A DNA stretch of 63,180 nt, the filler included, from Kipferlia bialata (lineage: Eukaryota), in the NCBI GenBank assembly GCA_003568945.1. It is 6 parts of 6 records of this genome, joined end to end, with 100 filler letters (N's around TTAATTAATTAA, not from the genome) between each part and the next. Parts side by side here need not be neighbours in the genome. Positions count along the whole stretch, not along the records: positions 35,587 to 50,810 come from BDIP01000726.1; positions 50,911 to 60,517 come from BDIP01000731.1; 4 more parts are not named here. The stretch is one strand, 5' to 3'. Every line of letters starts with the position of its first letter. Within the stretch, counting starts at the first letter, position 1. Both the position numbers and the translations under genes were made by a program. Positions 36,796-50,981 of the stretch are shown piece by piece. The notes under the pieces were generated by a model. It had not been told where the DNA came from. It worked only from the letters and a program-made list of their open reading frames with translations, and did no database searches.

Positions 36796-39700
36796 GGCAT
36801 CCTTGTCCTGGGGTGAGGAACACAGCAAGAGTGATTCAGATGCTGCCAATGTGATTTGAAGTGTATTGAAGTAGAATTCCAATGTACATATATATATCAC
36901 GCACAAAGAGGCCTCCATGTCATATGTATGCACACATACCCAAATGCCGCTATCTCGACTTGCAAACATATATGGTTTGTGGTAATAGTGTTTTAGTGAT
37001 CATATATATATACCTGCACCCAGCCCCTTGATGTGCCTGCCTCCTCGCGACAGTACAGGAACAGAAGGTGCCGGATCTGGGGTGAGTATCCGCCCCGAGT
37101 CATCATTGGAATCAACCACTGATACATGTTTGTGAAAACGCATGTGTTGATGAATAGACAGTAATTCACTCACCCATGGCTCACATGTCATGCTGAGGCT
37201 GGGCTCCCCTTGGTCATTGGTGTACAGGGTGCTGGCACCGGCCTAGTATTAGATACATGGATAATGCAAGAATCCAAGAGGTAAGACTTGTGATCCAAAG
37301 AGGATACCATCGAGAGAACAGAGTGACATAGGGTCCATCAAACTGATCATCAAGTACAAGAACCTGACCTAAGGCAGACTCCGTACTGAATATACATATA
37401 TATATATATATACTGTAACTCACCTCCAGCAGACTCCGGATTGTCCTCTCGTCATCTCCCCTGCTCAGTGCAATATGGAGGGGGACAACGGCGGAAGGTA
37501 GTCTTGAGTGTGAGTATGTTACTGTACACAGAGATAGTATAGCAGGAAACACACGCAGAAGGTATCACCGTCGCACTGAAATATCATCCACATACTACAT
37601 GTAATTTAATAGAGTAATGATGATATACAACATATATACCTCGTTCTCCTTGGGTCTGGACTGGCCCCTGTCCTCATCAAGTATTAATATCCAAATATGA
37701 CTACACATATACCTACAATTGCTACTCCACTTATACCATACCTTGTCCTCCTTGGGTCTGGACTGGCCCCTGTCCTCAGCATCAGAACAAGGGCCTCGAG
37801 GGACTTGTGCAGGACAGCAAGGCTAGGGGTGAGAGAGTGTGATATATATATACATATGCCTCGAGGGACTTATGGAGCACAGCAAGGCGAGGGATGAGAG
37901 ACTCATACATAACTCAACATCAGGAGAGTCAGATTCTGGAAAAATGTGAACAGTATATTACCAAATATGTATATATAGAGGAGTATCATAGTATGATGTG
38001 TCGAGGGACTTAACGAGGACCTTGGAAGTTCGGAAGGAAATAGGGAAACAAGAACAATTATACTAAATATAGAGAGAGAGACATATAGAGAGATAAACAG
38101 AGGCACATATTACCTGATTGGGGAGTGGTAGTTGACGTATTGGGTATGCATCTATACTGGATAGTCTCCTAGAAGATATGGATATACATACCAGTATATA
38201 CATACACATATATATGTATATACTCAATACCTGATTGGCGAGTGGTGGTTGACGTCCAGCCTCTCACAGTACTCGGGGATCAGCTGACCCCTGGCAGACA
38301 CAACCTAAGGTGAATGAATACACAGACATATATAGAAATATAGAAATAGAGAAATACATATAGCTGACCCCTGGCAGACACAACCTGAGGTAAATGAATT
38401 GATGGGTCCCCCACACCCACACCGGAGACATACATCGATACTTCCAATCCAATAATCACTTGTGGTTGTTGGATGTGTATGGTAGTGATATGTATTTGAA
38501 TATACCATCTATCAATTTGTATATTCGCGATCCGAGAAAGAAGTGTAAATGAGTCCTTGGTAGTGTAATATACTCAACTATCCAAATATATATACTCATG
38601 CAGCATCTATGTAGATACCTTGAGGCACTTGTGGTTGTTGGATGTGGCCAAGATGTGGAGGGGGGAGATGAGGTCCTGGGAGTGAGGGTGTACTGACTAG
38701 GATAATGAAACTATATTGTCAGTATCGTTGGAGACAAAGAGAGCGTGAACAGTACTGTATGTAATATGTAACACTACAATTAATTAATCTATACTATAAT
38801 ATAACTAATAGCACTCTAAACACCCACCTGGTCTATGGCGTCCATGCTGGAGTGGTAGCTCAGCAGGGCATCCAGGACAGCGGGGTCACCCCTCTCACAG
38901 GCTACGTGGAGGGCAGTGCGTTCACTGATATAAGATACATATACATATAAGGTAGTCGTGGAACAATATGGAGATCGATATGCCCCGGTATCCAGACTTA
39001 TGGAAGTATCAGTAAGTGTCGAATTAAGAAATAGTCGGGTAAAACATACACATGCACTCACCGCAGGTCCCTGGTATCAACGTTAGCCCCAGCTGTGATG
39101 AGCAACTTGACCACAGTGGCAGAGCCATGCCTATACATGAGAGAGGGAGAGAGAGAGGGAGAGAGAGAGAGAGAGAGACAGAGAGAGAGGATGCGTGTGA
39201 TGAGCAACTTGACCACAGTGGCAGAGCCGTGTCTAGAAGGTTAGATTGATACGCATATTTAGAGAGAGATTCAACAAGGAGAAGCCGAAGGACAGAGAGC
39301 GAGAGAGAGTGTAATCACACGTACCTAGCCGCGTAGTGCAGTGCTGGTTCGTTGAATGGGGGACCACATGTCTTGAGAGAGGCACCGCCCCTGAGGAGGA
39401 TGGAGACAACGTCACCTGGAATGGTAAGATATATGAATGATATATAAGAACTACAGAATGCAGTAGTATACATACAGGTGTACGTATATGTACATAAGAA
39501 ACACGTGCGTGTATGTATTAGTACACCCACCCATGTTTCTCTTGATGGCTATGTGCAGTCGTATATATATAGTATTAGCATATGTATGTGTATATATTAA
39601 TATAGTTGTATACATATACATATATAGCACCCACCCATGTTTCTCTTGATTGCTATGTGCAGGGGGGTGCCTGAGTTGGACAGGGCATTCACGATGCTGT

Positions 39701-42381
39701 TCTGGTCCTGAGGTGAGATACAGATTCACATACACATAAATATATATACATGTACCTGTGTATCGATCCCCTGTGCCTCATACAACACATACGTGTAGGT
39801 ATATATATATATATATATACACTGTATATATATATATACTTCTCTGCCCTACCTGCGTGTCAATCCCCTGTGCCTCATATAGCAGTAGTGACACCCTGGC
39901 AGCTGTGTCCCCATCTGTGTCAGACACACTCTCGCTGTCCTCTCTCTCCCTCTCAGCATCACCAGTCTCCACCACAGTGTCCTCAGCGGGTACACCCTCT
40001 CCCTTTTCCTCTCCCTCTCCCTCTCTCTCCTTGTCATCTAGAGAGACAGGAGAGGGAGAGAGACGGGGGTTAGAGGCTGAGGCAGAGAGAGTGGAGACGC
40101 CGTCTCCGTCTGCCTCCAGTGTACTCTCTCTCCCCCTGTCTCCCTTGCTATGGGTGTGTATGGGGTTGAGTTCACACAACCTGTGCAGAACGGTGGTGCC
40201 AGAGCTTGAAGTTAGGAATACAGTAGGAATAAGTGCAATATATAGATCAGTCAACACTGTAGTCGGTCTCTCTCTATATATAAAACATATGACATATGAC
40301 ATATTTACGCACTTGTCGAGTGGCAGGTCTATACGTGCCCCGTGTCTGACCAGCATGCTGACTATGTCACTGTTGTACACCTGGAGGGCACTGGAAGTCA
40401 GTATCAATGAGAAGATCAAACATATACGGGGTGAGATTTAACGAAAATACTTGGGATGAATACATGGTATATCATTGTTGTGTAGCCGAAGGATACAGGG
40501 TTAAGGGAATAGGTAAGAATATCAGACAACTCCACAATTGTGGACTAGAAAATGTCGCTATTGTGTTGTTGATACACGAACCGGAATAGTGGTGACTCGT
40601 GGTATGCACTGACAGCATCAGGATCAGCACCTGGCATTGAGGGGGTAGACAATAACAAGGGAGATAGAGAGAGAGAACAATTCGAATCCGTCAAGAATAC
40701 ATGGACATGGACTTTGAAATGCATAAAGAGAGAGAAAGAGAGAGATACCCACCTGCCGCCAGGAACAGCTCCACTGTCTCCCTCACCCTCTCTGCGTGCA
40801 CGTCCTCTCTCTGCCTCTCCCTCTCTCTCTCCCTATCACTCATCCCTTCTGGGAGTGTCTTCCTAGCCAGCACAGGGCTGGACATGCAGGATAGAGACGC
40901 GGAGGCAGTGCTGCTGGAACTACACGCACAGAAGAGAGCCGTCTCACCGCAGAACGTACGGCTATCGGGGTAGGGCGTTCGCCGTAGCAGGCGGCCTAGG
41001 GATGCGAGAGCGGATGCAGGGGATACGGTGGCAGACTGTATAGGGCAGGTAGAGGGGTGGCATGCGTTGGGGTGAGAGCATGTGTGCCTGAGGGTGAGGG
41101 AGCTCAAATAGCACAGGATGTATATGTACATGTACATATAGATACCTGTGGTAGTGTCTGTCTGCCAGGGCTGTCTCTGCATATGTGTGTAGGAGGTCCC
41201 GGCCAGTGCCACTCCACAATCTGGAGGTGAGAACCTTTATATATACATCGATAGTATATATATATACATAGTGTATATTCATAATATATACAGTAACTCA
41301 TATATATGTAGTTGTGAGGAATGTCAGTATCTACCTACTCTCTGCCCCGTGTATAGGCACATATCACAGGTACACACAATACGCATATGTACATATTATG
41401 GTACCAGTGTAGTCATGCCTTTATATATATATATGAATATCTACCTAATCTCTGCCCCGTGTCTCGTGGCCACTATGTCTGAGGATGGGTCATGTCTGCA
41501 TGCACATGGGGTGGATGCACCAAAGGACAGGATCTGCTGCACATTGGCACCTAGGGTGAGATATATACATATGTATATATATATATATCTATCTATCTAT
41601 ATATATATAGTGACATATAATGTAAGTGACAGGGGGTGGATGCACCACTGTCACCGAAGGACAGGATCTGCTGCACATTGGCGCCTGCCAAGTGAGAAAA
41701 CACACCCACAAACAACAAACATATATTACATATATGGAAACATAGACCTGGCGTGTGGACTGATGTCTTTGGTATGCCCTCAAGATACATATGTCATATC
41801 TATAACTATCTATAATATACTATATATATATATTTATATATATATCCACCTGGCGTGTGCACCGATGTCTTGGGTATGCCCTCAAAGGAGAACACAGTCA
41901 CAATGCCAGGCGGGCTGGGGTCAGGAAGATAATAAGAGAAGTAACACGAACAAACCACTATCCACAATTCATGTGGTTAACAATACACATAACTCTGCCC
42001 CTGGGTGTGGCTGAACACACCCACACACACACACACATATATATATGTATGTGTAAGTGTGTACATATATGGATATATGAGTGGATATAATACCTCTGCC
42101 CCTGGGTGTGGCTGAACACCCACACGCACTCTGCTGCAAAGGTGATGGAGTCGACCTGGGGTGGGGACGGTAAGAGGATACGTGGTAGAGAGGGTACATC
42201 CTACTATAACCATCGGATATATAGTGTATGTAGACATATGACACTCACCACCGTGTGTGTCTCATCACATTATGATGCACATATACATAATAGTGTGGTG
42301 CAATTGAAAGGACTATTCTACATATACTCACCACCGTGTGTGTCTCCTCGTGGCACATGCCTATACCACTCTCATATTATT

Positions 42382-42426
<45 letters not shown>

Positions 42427-42880
42427 ATGTAGACATATGACATATACCACCGTGTGTGTCTCCTCGTGGTACATGCCAATGCCACTCTCATAGTGGGATA
42501 TCTGCGAGGGGGCAGTCCCAAGGACAGCAGTATCGCCAGCAAGGTGACCTAAGGTAAGCTATATACAGGGAATAAGAGGGAGACTATAAGAGATACACAT
42601 ATAATCACACAGTACCTTTGAACGGCCCGCCTCGTCCAGACTACTTGTAATACACATATATAACTGTATATAATACTGTAATACACATAGATATAAGATA
42701 TACATATGTATTATTTGACATATATATGGGCATGTACCATACCTGTGAATGGTCCTGCTTCGTCCAGACTGCTCCTCTGCAGCAGAGTACCCGTATATGT
42801 GACACTGGGCATGGAACCAGAGGCAAGGGTGTCGAGGGAGAGACCAAGGGCCTGGGTCAGATGTGAGAAGTAGTCGGACA

Positions 42881-42925
<45 letters not shown>

Positions 42926-45900
42926 ATACATAGAGGAGGCAAGGGTGTCGAGGGATAGACCAAGGGCCTGGGTCAGTATAGCATAAGATAATACACATAA
43001 TAATTACCAACTGTATTGATAGTCAGTTGTCCTATGTCCATAACTGCACACCACACATCTTCTTGAGATCAAGGAGTGGAGCAGACAATTACCTGCGGGG
43101 GTGTGACCTGGGACACTGGGACTGGGCTGAGTGACACTCTGTAGAGAGACAGCTCAGTCCCCACAGCCACCCACACAGTGTCACCACGGACACCTATTCT
43201 GTCGGCACCTTGTGTTAGGATGTATGTACGTATATCTATATAAATATACATGTAGACTCTTCAATACAGTTGAATATTGAAATGTGCATTTTCGTCGTAG
43301 GCAGTAAAAGTACAAATACAGGTACTGTATTTGTATACACGAACATACACACAAACCCTCACCTGATGCGAGTGTGAGGCATGGTGACACCTCTGCATAC
43401 TCGTGTGAGGGTATGTGGTCAGGGATGGTGAAGAGAGAGACTATCCCTGTACTGGAGGAACTGGAGGTCTCTCTCTCCCTCCCCGGCTCGCTACTGCCCT
43501 TCCTGAGCACACATAGCACCTCCTTGGCACCTGACTCTGCAGCGATGGACATGGGGCAGACCTAGAGTTATAAGGAAGACAGTCGGAAGAGACACATACA
43601 TATATATACAATATAGGATATATACTTGTATATGATGTGTGTATAGGACCTGACTCAGCAGAGATGGACATGGGGCAGACCTGAGGTGAGAGGGATGAAT
43701 AGAGAGCTATGTATATATAATGAGAGATATATGCAAAATACTCTACATGGACATGGGGCAGACCTGGAATATGAAGGGGGCAGACCTAGACTAAGGAACA
43801 CAGAGTAAGACTTAGTAGGAAGTATGGATCCCCACACATATGTATATGTATGTAAATATCCATACCTGCGTCACAGTTAGGGACGGGTGTGCGAGAGAGA
43901 GAGACGAGTGCAGGGCACTGGGTGACAGTCTGAACGTGGCATGTCCAGAGTAGTGACACGTGGGTGCACCCTCACTGTACACTGTGTTGAGGGTACCCAC
44001 ATAGAAGGTATCAGCGGCATCCACAAGGAGTACACGCTGCACATCTCCCTCTCTCTCCTTCTCACTATCCTCCTCACCCTCTGCTAGGGGTAGCACTGCC
44101 TTGGGGGTGCAGGGCAGGTCACACACCCCACACCTCACCAGGGAAGAGGGTAGGTCCCTAGTCGCGCTAGTCACTGCGACATCACCCTCTTCAATAGGGG
44201 TGGGGGTAGAAGGGGAACCGAACCGATACACGGCCACTGTCCCCCCCACTACGTGCCACAGCCTGTCACCAACCGTGTAGAAGGCAGAGGAAGGGTGTCT
44301 AGAGGAACTAGAGGGAGTAGAGGCAGTAGCAGTGCCACTTGGAGTACCAGGCGTACTGACTGGCGTATCCCTACCACCTATACTAGTAGTGGGTGTAGAT
44401 ACACCACCAGTGGCATGGGAGAGTGTGGCGGCGCTAATACCCCTAGGTATGTGGAATGGTCCCTTGTATGTACCAGTCACCACATCTACAGAGTGGACAG
44501 TGTACGCATCAACAAGAGGGGTCACTGGGGTAGTATTTTCTGCGCTGTTTCGCGTATCAGTCTCAGTCTGAGTGTCTAGGGATGGACACTTCATGCCGTT
44601 GACGTGTGTGAAGACAAACAGACGGTGGCCAAGCTGAGGGTGAGATGGAGCAGAGAGAGAGAGAGACGGTGGCCAAGCTGGGGGTGAGAGAGAGACAGAA
44701 ACAGAGGAAGAAGAGACAGAGAGAGAGAGAGACGGAGGAATAGACGAGGGTGAGAGAGAGTGTAATTTCAATGGCAATGAAACTGCATACCCACCTTACA
44801 CACGTGTTGCACTGTCCCCTTGTTGACTGTCCTAACCCGTACAGGGTGAAGATGACCAGGCGCCATGCCCTGAGTGCCTAAGGCCTCTCTGGTGGTAAGT
44901 ACGAAAAGTATAATCATACATAAATATATTTCAATGTATATATATCATGTGGTAGACGTCCATAAGGAGTCCCTGAAGGTTAGTACTATCTGAATAGTTC
45001 ACCATATCAACAGAATGCATCACAGTATGTACCTGTCCAAGTCTCTACTGGGCCTATCTCTTCCGTGTCTTGACATTGACATATATGAATATATACTTAT
45101 ATATACTACCTGTCTAAGTCTCTACTAGGCCTATCTCTCCCATGCCTTGACATTGACACAGCAGGTGAGGGGGGGACAGACAGGGGAGGGGCACAGGGGT
45201 CGGTGTCTAACAGGTCTAGTGTAAGTATAAATAGACAGAGAGAGAGAGAGAGAAACAGGGAGAGAGGGGAGGGGCACAGGGGTCGGTGTCAAGTAGGTCT
45301 GGTGTAAGAAACTGCACAAACTTTGAGAGAGAAGCGGAGAGTGCTATATTTAGTACATGTACTACATACTATATGAAGTATAGTAATCACATGTGTGTAC
45401 CTGTGGGAATGTAGTCATCGAACAGTGACTGACACCTGATGTGGGCATCCTGGCATGGGAGGACACCCCTACTATCTCTGGGGGTAAGGGAAAGACGGTT
45501 ATATATATAGAGAACACATATGAGAGGGAAATGAGGGGGAAGAGATTACCAGGCGAGGACACCTCTGCAATCCCTGGGGGTGAGAGAAGGTGAAAGAAAG
45601 CATAAATACCAATACGAAGGGTAAATGAAGAGCACAAACACAACCAGAGAGGGAAAATGTATGCTACAGCAACAGTACCTAATGAATGGGCTTGCCCCCG
45701 CCTCCAGCAGTATATGTCAACAATACGATTCACAAATACACACAATGACAATTCATATATATCTCTACCTTATGAATGGGCTGGCCCCTGCCTCCAGTAG
45801 TGTATGTACCAGGGTATATAATACATATATATATATACGTCTACATATCTATATACGTATCGTGTATGTATAGAGGTATATACCTAATGAATGGGCTGGC

Positions 45901-48900
45901 CCCTGCCTCCAGCAGTNNNNNTGTATAGAGGTATATACCTAATGAATGGGCTGGCCCCTGCCTCCAGCAGTGTCTGTACCACATGGCCAAAGCCCTGTCT
46001 GGCACCCATGTGCAGGGCTGTCCTAAGGGTTAGTACATATATACACTAGGGTGTACAGTAACTTATGTGGGTATATACAACGGCCAAAGCCTTATCTGGC
46101 ACCCAGGGAAGGTATGTATAATGAATTGATACACACATATATATATACTACACGTGTATACAGTATTGGTACCTTCCCCTGACATCCACCGCGTCAATGT
46201 TGATGTCACCCCGTGTCTCACTGCTAACTCGCGTATCCCCTGCCCCTAGACCCATGTGGGACAGGAGGAGATTGACCATAGAGAGGTCACCCCGGCTGGC
46301 CTGGCATGAGTTTGGAACTAACTATAAGGTAGGTTCATAGAGATTGCATTGAAGGTGAGACAGAGTGTGCGTGCGTGAGAGAAAGTGACACGAAACCGTA
46401 CCGCCAGGTGGAGCAGTGTCTGATCATAACAGTTCCTGTGCCCCAGCCCAGCCCCACCCTCCAGCAGCACTGCAGCCAGCTCTGGGTAGTGGTTGGACCA
46501 TGCTAACTCAACGGGGCCCGCCAGACCCCTAAGCTGCTCCCTTACATCACTCTCTCTCTCCCTATGAGTAGGGGATGATAGTAGTGTGCACAGGGAGGGT
46601 ATGGTGTCTGAGGCCTGGGCTGCGGCACCTAGGGCGAATAGGGATAGAGAGTCATGGGTAGAGGTGGGGGAGGGGGAGTCGCGTGTGCCGCGTAGGGGAC
46701 TGTTGAGGCCTGAGGCACGTGCTACACCCCGTCTCTCTCGCCTGGGTGTGCCTGGAGGTCAGAAAGAATTACATTACACTACAAATACAATGCACAACAT
46801 AAATTCAATACAATGAAGGTCTCTCTCGCCTGGGAGTGTGTGGAGTTAGGGCGCTTTCATAGTATACTACCACTCGTAAATTTGTTTTTACCAACCATCA
46901 TGGCCAAGGAACAATAGATTACACTATGCACCTATACCTACTACAGGTGTCCTTGGTGTAGATGGCACTGTGAGTGCTGCCTTGATCAGGGGTGTCACCC
47001 AATGCCTGATGGACAGGGGGGCGGCAGCGGCCTTGGATAAGAATGGTAGATATATAGGTAACCTACATGCATATTGGATATCACACAAATGAAAACATGG
47101 GCCGGCAGCGGCCTAGGGTATGGTATGATACATATATCGGACGGACAGGTATGTAAATACATGAGGTTAAATGTATATACCTTGTGAATGGGTGTCTCTC
47201 TGGCCTCGTCGTAACTGAAGAGAGAGGCCCCCCCTCTCAGCAGCACCACAAGTGCCCTGGCCCTGGCCATGTCCTCCTCCATCCTAGTCTCTCTCTCTCT
47301 CTCCTTACTCTCACTACCCTCTGCCTCCTCCCCTCCCATCATACCCCAGAATGTAGTCTGGATGGAGTCATCACACGGTGTGGTGGGGGATGTACCGTTG
47401 GTAACAGTGCATGTACTAGATGCACTAGATGTACAAGAGGGACTTGAGGTACTAGAGGGTGACAGGAGGAGGGCAAGAGGGGTACGGCCTGGGGTCAATA
47501 CAATGGGAAGATATGAATGATGATACAAGAATTGTATCTCTAGCAAATACACGCTCACCTGCGTTATCTAAGACGTCTGCTGTCCCCTCTGTGAGAGACT
47601 ATATAGTGCGATATATTGATATCACATACCTGCACAATCCAATGCGTCTACCATCCTGAGCCTCCTCTGTGAGACTGCTCTCTCTCTCTTTCTCTCTCTC
47701 TCTCTATGTATACATATATATATATATATATATGCATATATATACATACCACTCACCAGCACTATCCAACGCATCCACCATCCTGAGCCCCCTCTGTGAC
47801 ACAGCACTCAGGGACAGTGATGAGGAGAGGGACAGGGACAGAGACCCAGTGGCACTCGGAGATGCATCGATGTCGGCTATCCTACTGTTAGAATACACAC
47901 ACACACAGTATATATAGTATATATCCATATACACTATTCACCAACGCCAGCTAGAGAGTATTAGGCTTCTATATAGGAATATATACATATACAGATATAG
48001 ATTAGGGGACGCATCGATGTCGGCTATCCTGGAGTGAGGGTGTAAGTACATAGTATACTGTTATAGGTGGAGACACTGACAGGCATCTCATGGAACACAG
48101 TGAATAGAAAGTGTCATTGTACAATATATATATACATAGAGAGAGAGAGTATACTCTACCTGTTGAGTGTGTCCACCACAGCTGGAAGGCCAAGTGACAG
48201 CAGAGCACCTGAAGATAAGATACACGACTAAGTAGTATATATCTATACTCTAAACCACTTATAATCAGAATGCAGGAAGTATACAGGAATGATAACGTTC
48301 TTGTGCATAAATAGATGAACTATACCTGGGTACCGCTCGGCGCACAGGTGCAGGGTAGAATACCAAGGTGTATTCATAATATACAGAACATAGTGTATCT
48401 CCTCCAAGTTATATATATAAACTCAATATATATTATGTACCTGGATACCGCTCTGCACACAGGTGCAGCGGAGTGGTACCGGTACTGTCAGCCTACGAGG
48501 TAAGGAAAAGGGAGGGAGGTCACCCACGTCATTATACAATGCAACATGATGATACCGTGGAGTATATATACTGTTACCTTTGTGACGAATCCCAGCCACC
48601 GCCTGACCCTCCTCAGTGTAGCAACAGCCTTCTGGCTGTTCTTCTGGCTCCCCCTCCTGCCTAGAGACCCCTCCATGGCCTGTATCCTGGCCAGCTCTCT
48701 CTCCACACCCACACCACCCACAGTCACGCCCCACCTCTCTCTCTCCCTCTCCCTCCCACTATGCCGCAGTCTGTTCCTCCCGCTCTCCCTCTCCCTTTCT
48801 CTCCTGATGGTATCACTTGTGGCACTGCCTCTTCTGACTATGAAGCCTGGTATGCCGTACAAGAGGTGCTCTGCAACAGATATGAGACCTCTAGATAGAG

Positions 48901-50630
48901 ATAGAGAGAGGGGTGTCTGCTTGGACACCAGGGAGGGGCTGCCTTGGAGCATGGCAACCTGGGTGTCAGACAATATCAATATATACAACACACAATGCAA
49001 TTATACATATACTATACATATATATATATATATATAATAATACTATCGCTGCCCTGCAGCATGGCAACCTGGGATAAGATTACAATACTGTTCAACTATG
49101 AATATGCTATACATATGTACAGAGAGTACGCAAACACACCTGGTCCAGCCACTCCACCTGGGGCAGGGAGAGAGACAAGGGTGTATAAATACATATATAA
49201 CTAATATTACATATAGTAGTGCACTAGTATACTTGTCTATACACACACTACTGTAGCCTATCTCGGTCCAGCCACTCCACCTGGGGTAGGGAGAGAGACA
49301 GGGGTGTATAAATACATATATAACTAATATTACATATACTAGTGCACTAGTATACTGGTATATATACACACTAGAATAGCATACCTGGTCCAGCCACTCC
49401 ACCTGGGGCATGGATAGAGACAAGGGTGTACCCAGGATGGCATCGATCAGGGGGAGGGGGTGGGCTGGAGGGAAGGGAATGAAGGTGTACGTAGTAACTA
49501 CCAAAATAGAAATACATATGTTATCTTTGGGGGGGGGGGGGGGTCATGGGATGGTGTTGTGGAGTAGAACAATTACAAAAGGTACATAATACATCAGAGA
49601 GCCACTCCATACCTCCGATACATGCCAGGTGCAGTGCTGTCAATCCGGTCTGGGGGTGAGAGGTAGTATACACATATATATATGTGTGAATAGATAGATA
49701 GACCAGACTGGGGGTGAGGGGAAGGCTGGGATAGATACACATATATGTATATATATGGTATTTGTATTAATACTAGTATGTGCATATACATTAATAATAT
49801 ACCTGAGCATCTATGACCAGAATGTCGTGCACACACACACACACACAAATATACATATGTCATATATATGTATATATACATAATGTATATACATACACAT
49901 ACCTGAGCATCTATGGCCAGCATGTCATTAACACTACATCATACATATGCATAAATATATATATATATATACACACATATATATTGCATATACCCACCTG
50001 AGCATCTATGGCCAGCATGTCATGCACAGTCAGCATCTGTCTCAGCCTGGGTGTTAGGGTATATACAGAACGTCAGTATCTACTCATATATAAGTATCAT
50101 ATATACCTTCCAACTACAGATGTGATACCCCTCTTGACTGCCATGTAGATGGCTGCACATCTCAAGTACAGTATATACAAAACATAGATACATACTCTAT
50201 GTTCTTACTGTATAATACACTGTACCTCTTTACTATAGACACCATCCCCCTCTTGACAGCCATGTGGATGGGGGCACACCCCATGTGGACCTGACTGAGA
50301 GAGCCAATGTCTGGAAACCTATGTGTCAATAGAGTTTATGGATATGTATAATATGTAGTATGCTATTTGGAATGGTATGGTAGTCTTCCGTACATATGTA
50401 GGGAGCACAACGGATTATACAGAGTATACACAGACAGAGTATGTACAGAGTACACAGGCAGAGAATGCTCTGCCTGGGAGGGTACACACTATTATAGTAT
50501 ATGTCATACAATATTATCATATACTATATATATATATATATATAGCTAGTGTACCTAGGCAGACTAGACACCCCCTGGGCGGGTGTGGCCACAGTTGTGA
50601 TGTCACCAACAGTGCGGGACTTGATACTAG
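36097..50630 (-). CDS. Large ankyrin-repeat protein with C-terminal FYVE zinc finger, many exons, 5'-partial (possibly more than one gene)
   Basis: FYVE: GWVQ|DKDASLCMLCHGLFNAKSR|RHHCRHCGRVMCDACSVKK...|TKVRVCQSC (WxxD, RHHCR, RVC motifs). Ankyrin motifs TALHVACERGD, TALHMGARQGFGHVVQTLLEAGA, GLTALHLAC, TLLHLA. Stop 36097-36099. Confidence 0.85.
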
Positions 50631-50810
50631 GGGTTAGAATATGTATAGAATAGTATATGTAGAGTATGAACTATAGTATATACATACTGTACTGATGGCA
50701 CCCGCAGTAAGGGACGTCACACTGAGTATTGCACAACACATAATAAGATAGAGTATCCTGGTAAGACACCTCCCCCCCCCCCCCCCCCCCCCCCCCCTCC
50801 ACCCCCTCAC

Positions 50811-50910
50811 NNNNNNNNNNNNNNNNNNNNNNNNNNNNNNNNNNNNNNNNNNNNTTAATTAATTAANNNNNNNNNNNNNNNNNNNNNNNNNNNNNNNNNN
50901 NNNNNNNNNN
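50811..50910. other. Artificial contig spacer
   Basis: N-TTAATTAATTAA-N. Confidence 0.98.
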
Positions 50911-50981
50911 CCATAATACTTTTTTTGGCCCCCCCCCCCCCCCCCCCCCCCCCCACCTAATGTATACGTGTTCTCACCCAG

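Noticed and set aside
45862..45976. Exact duplicate sequence on both sides of a short N gap
   Set aside because: Identical and gap-flanking, so probably an unmerged assembly overlap. Not counted as an exon echo.
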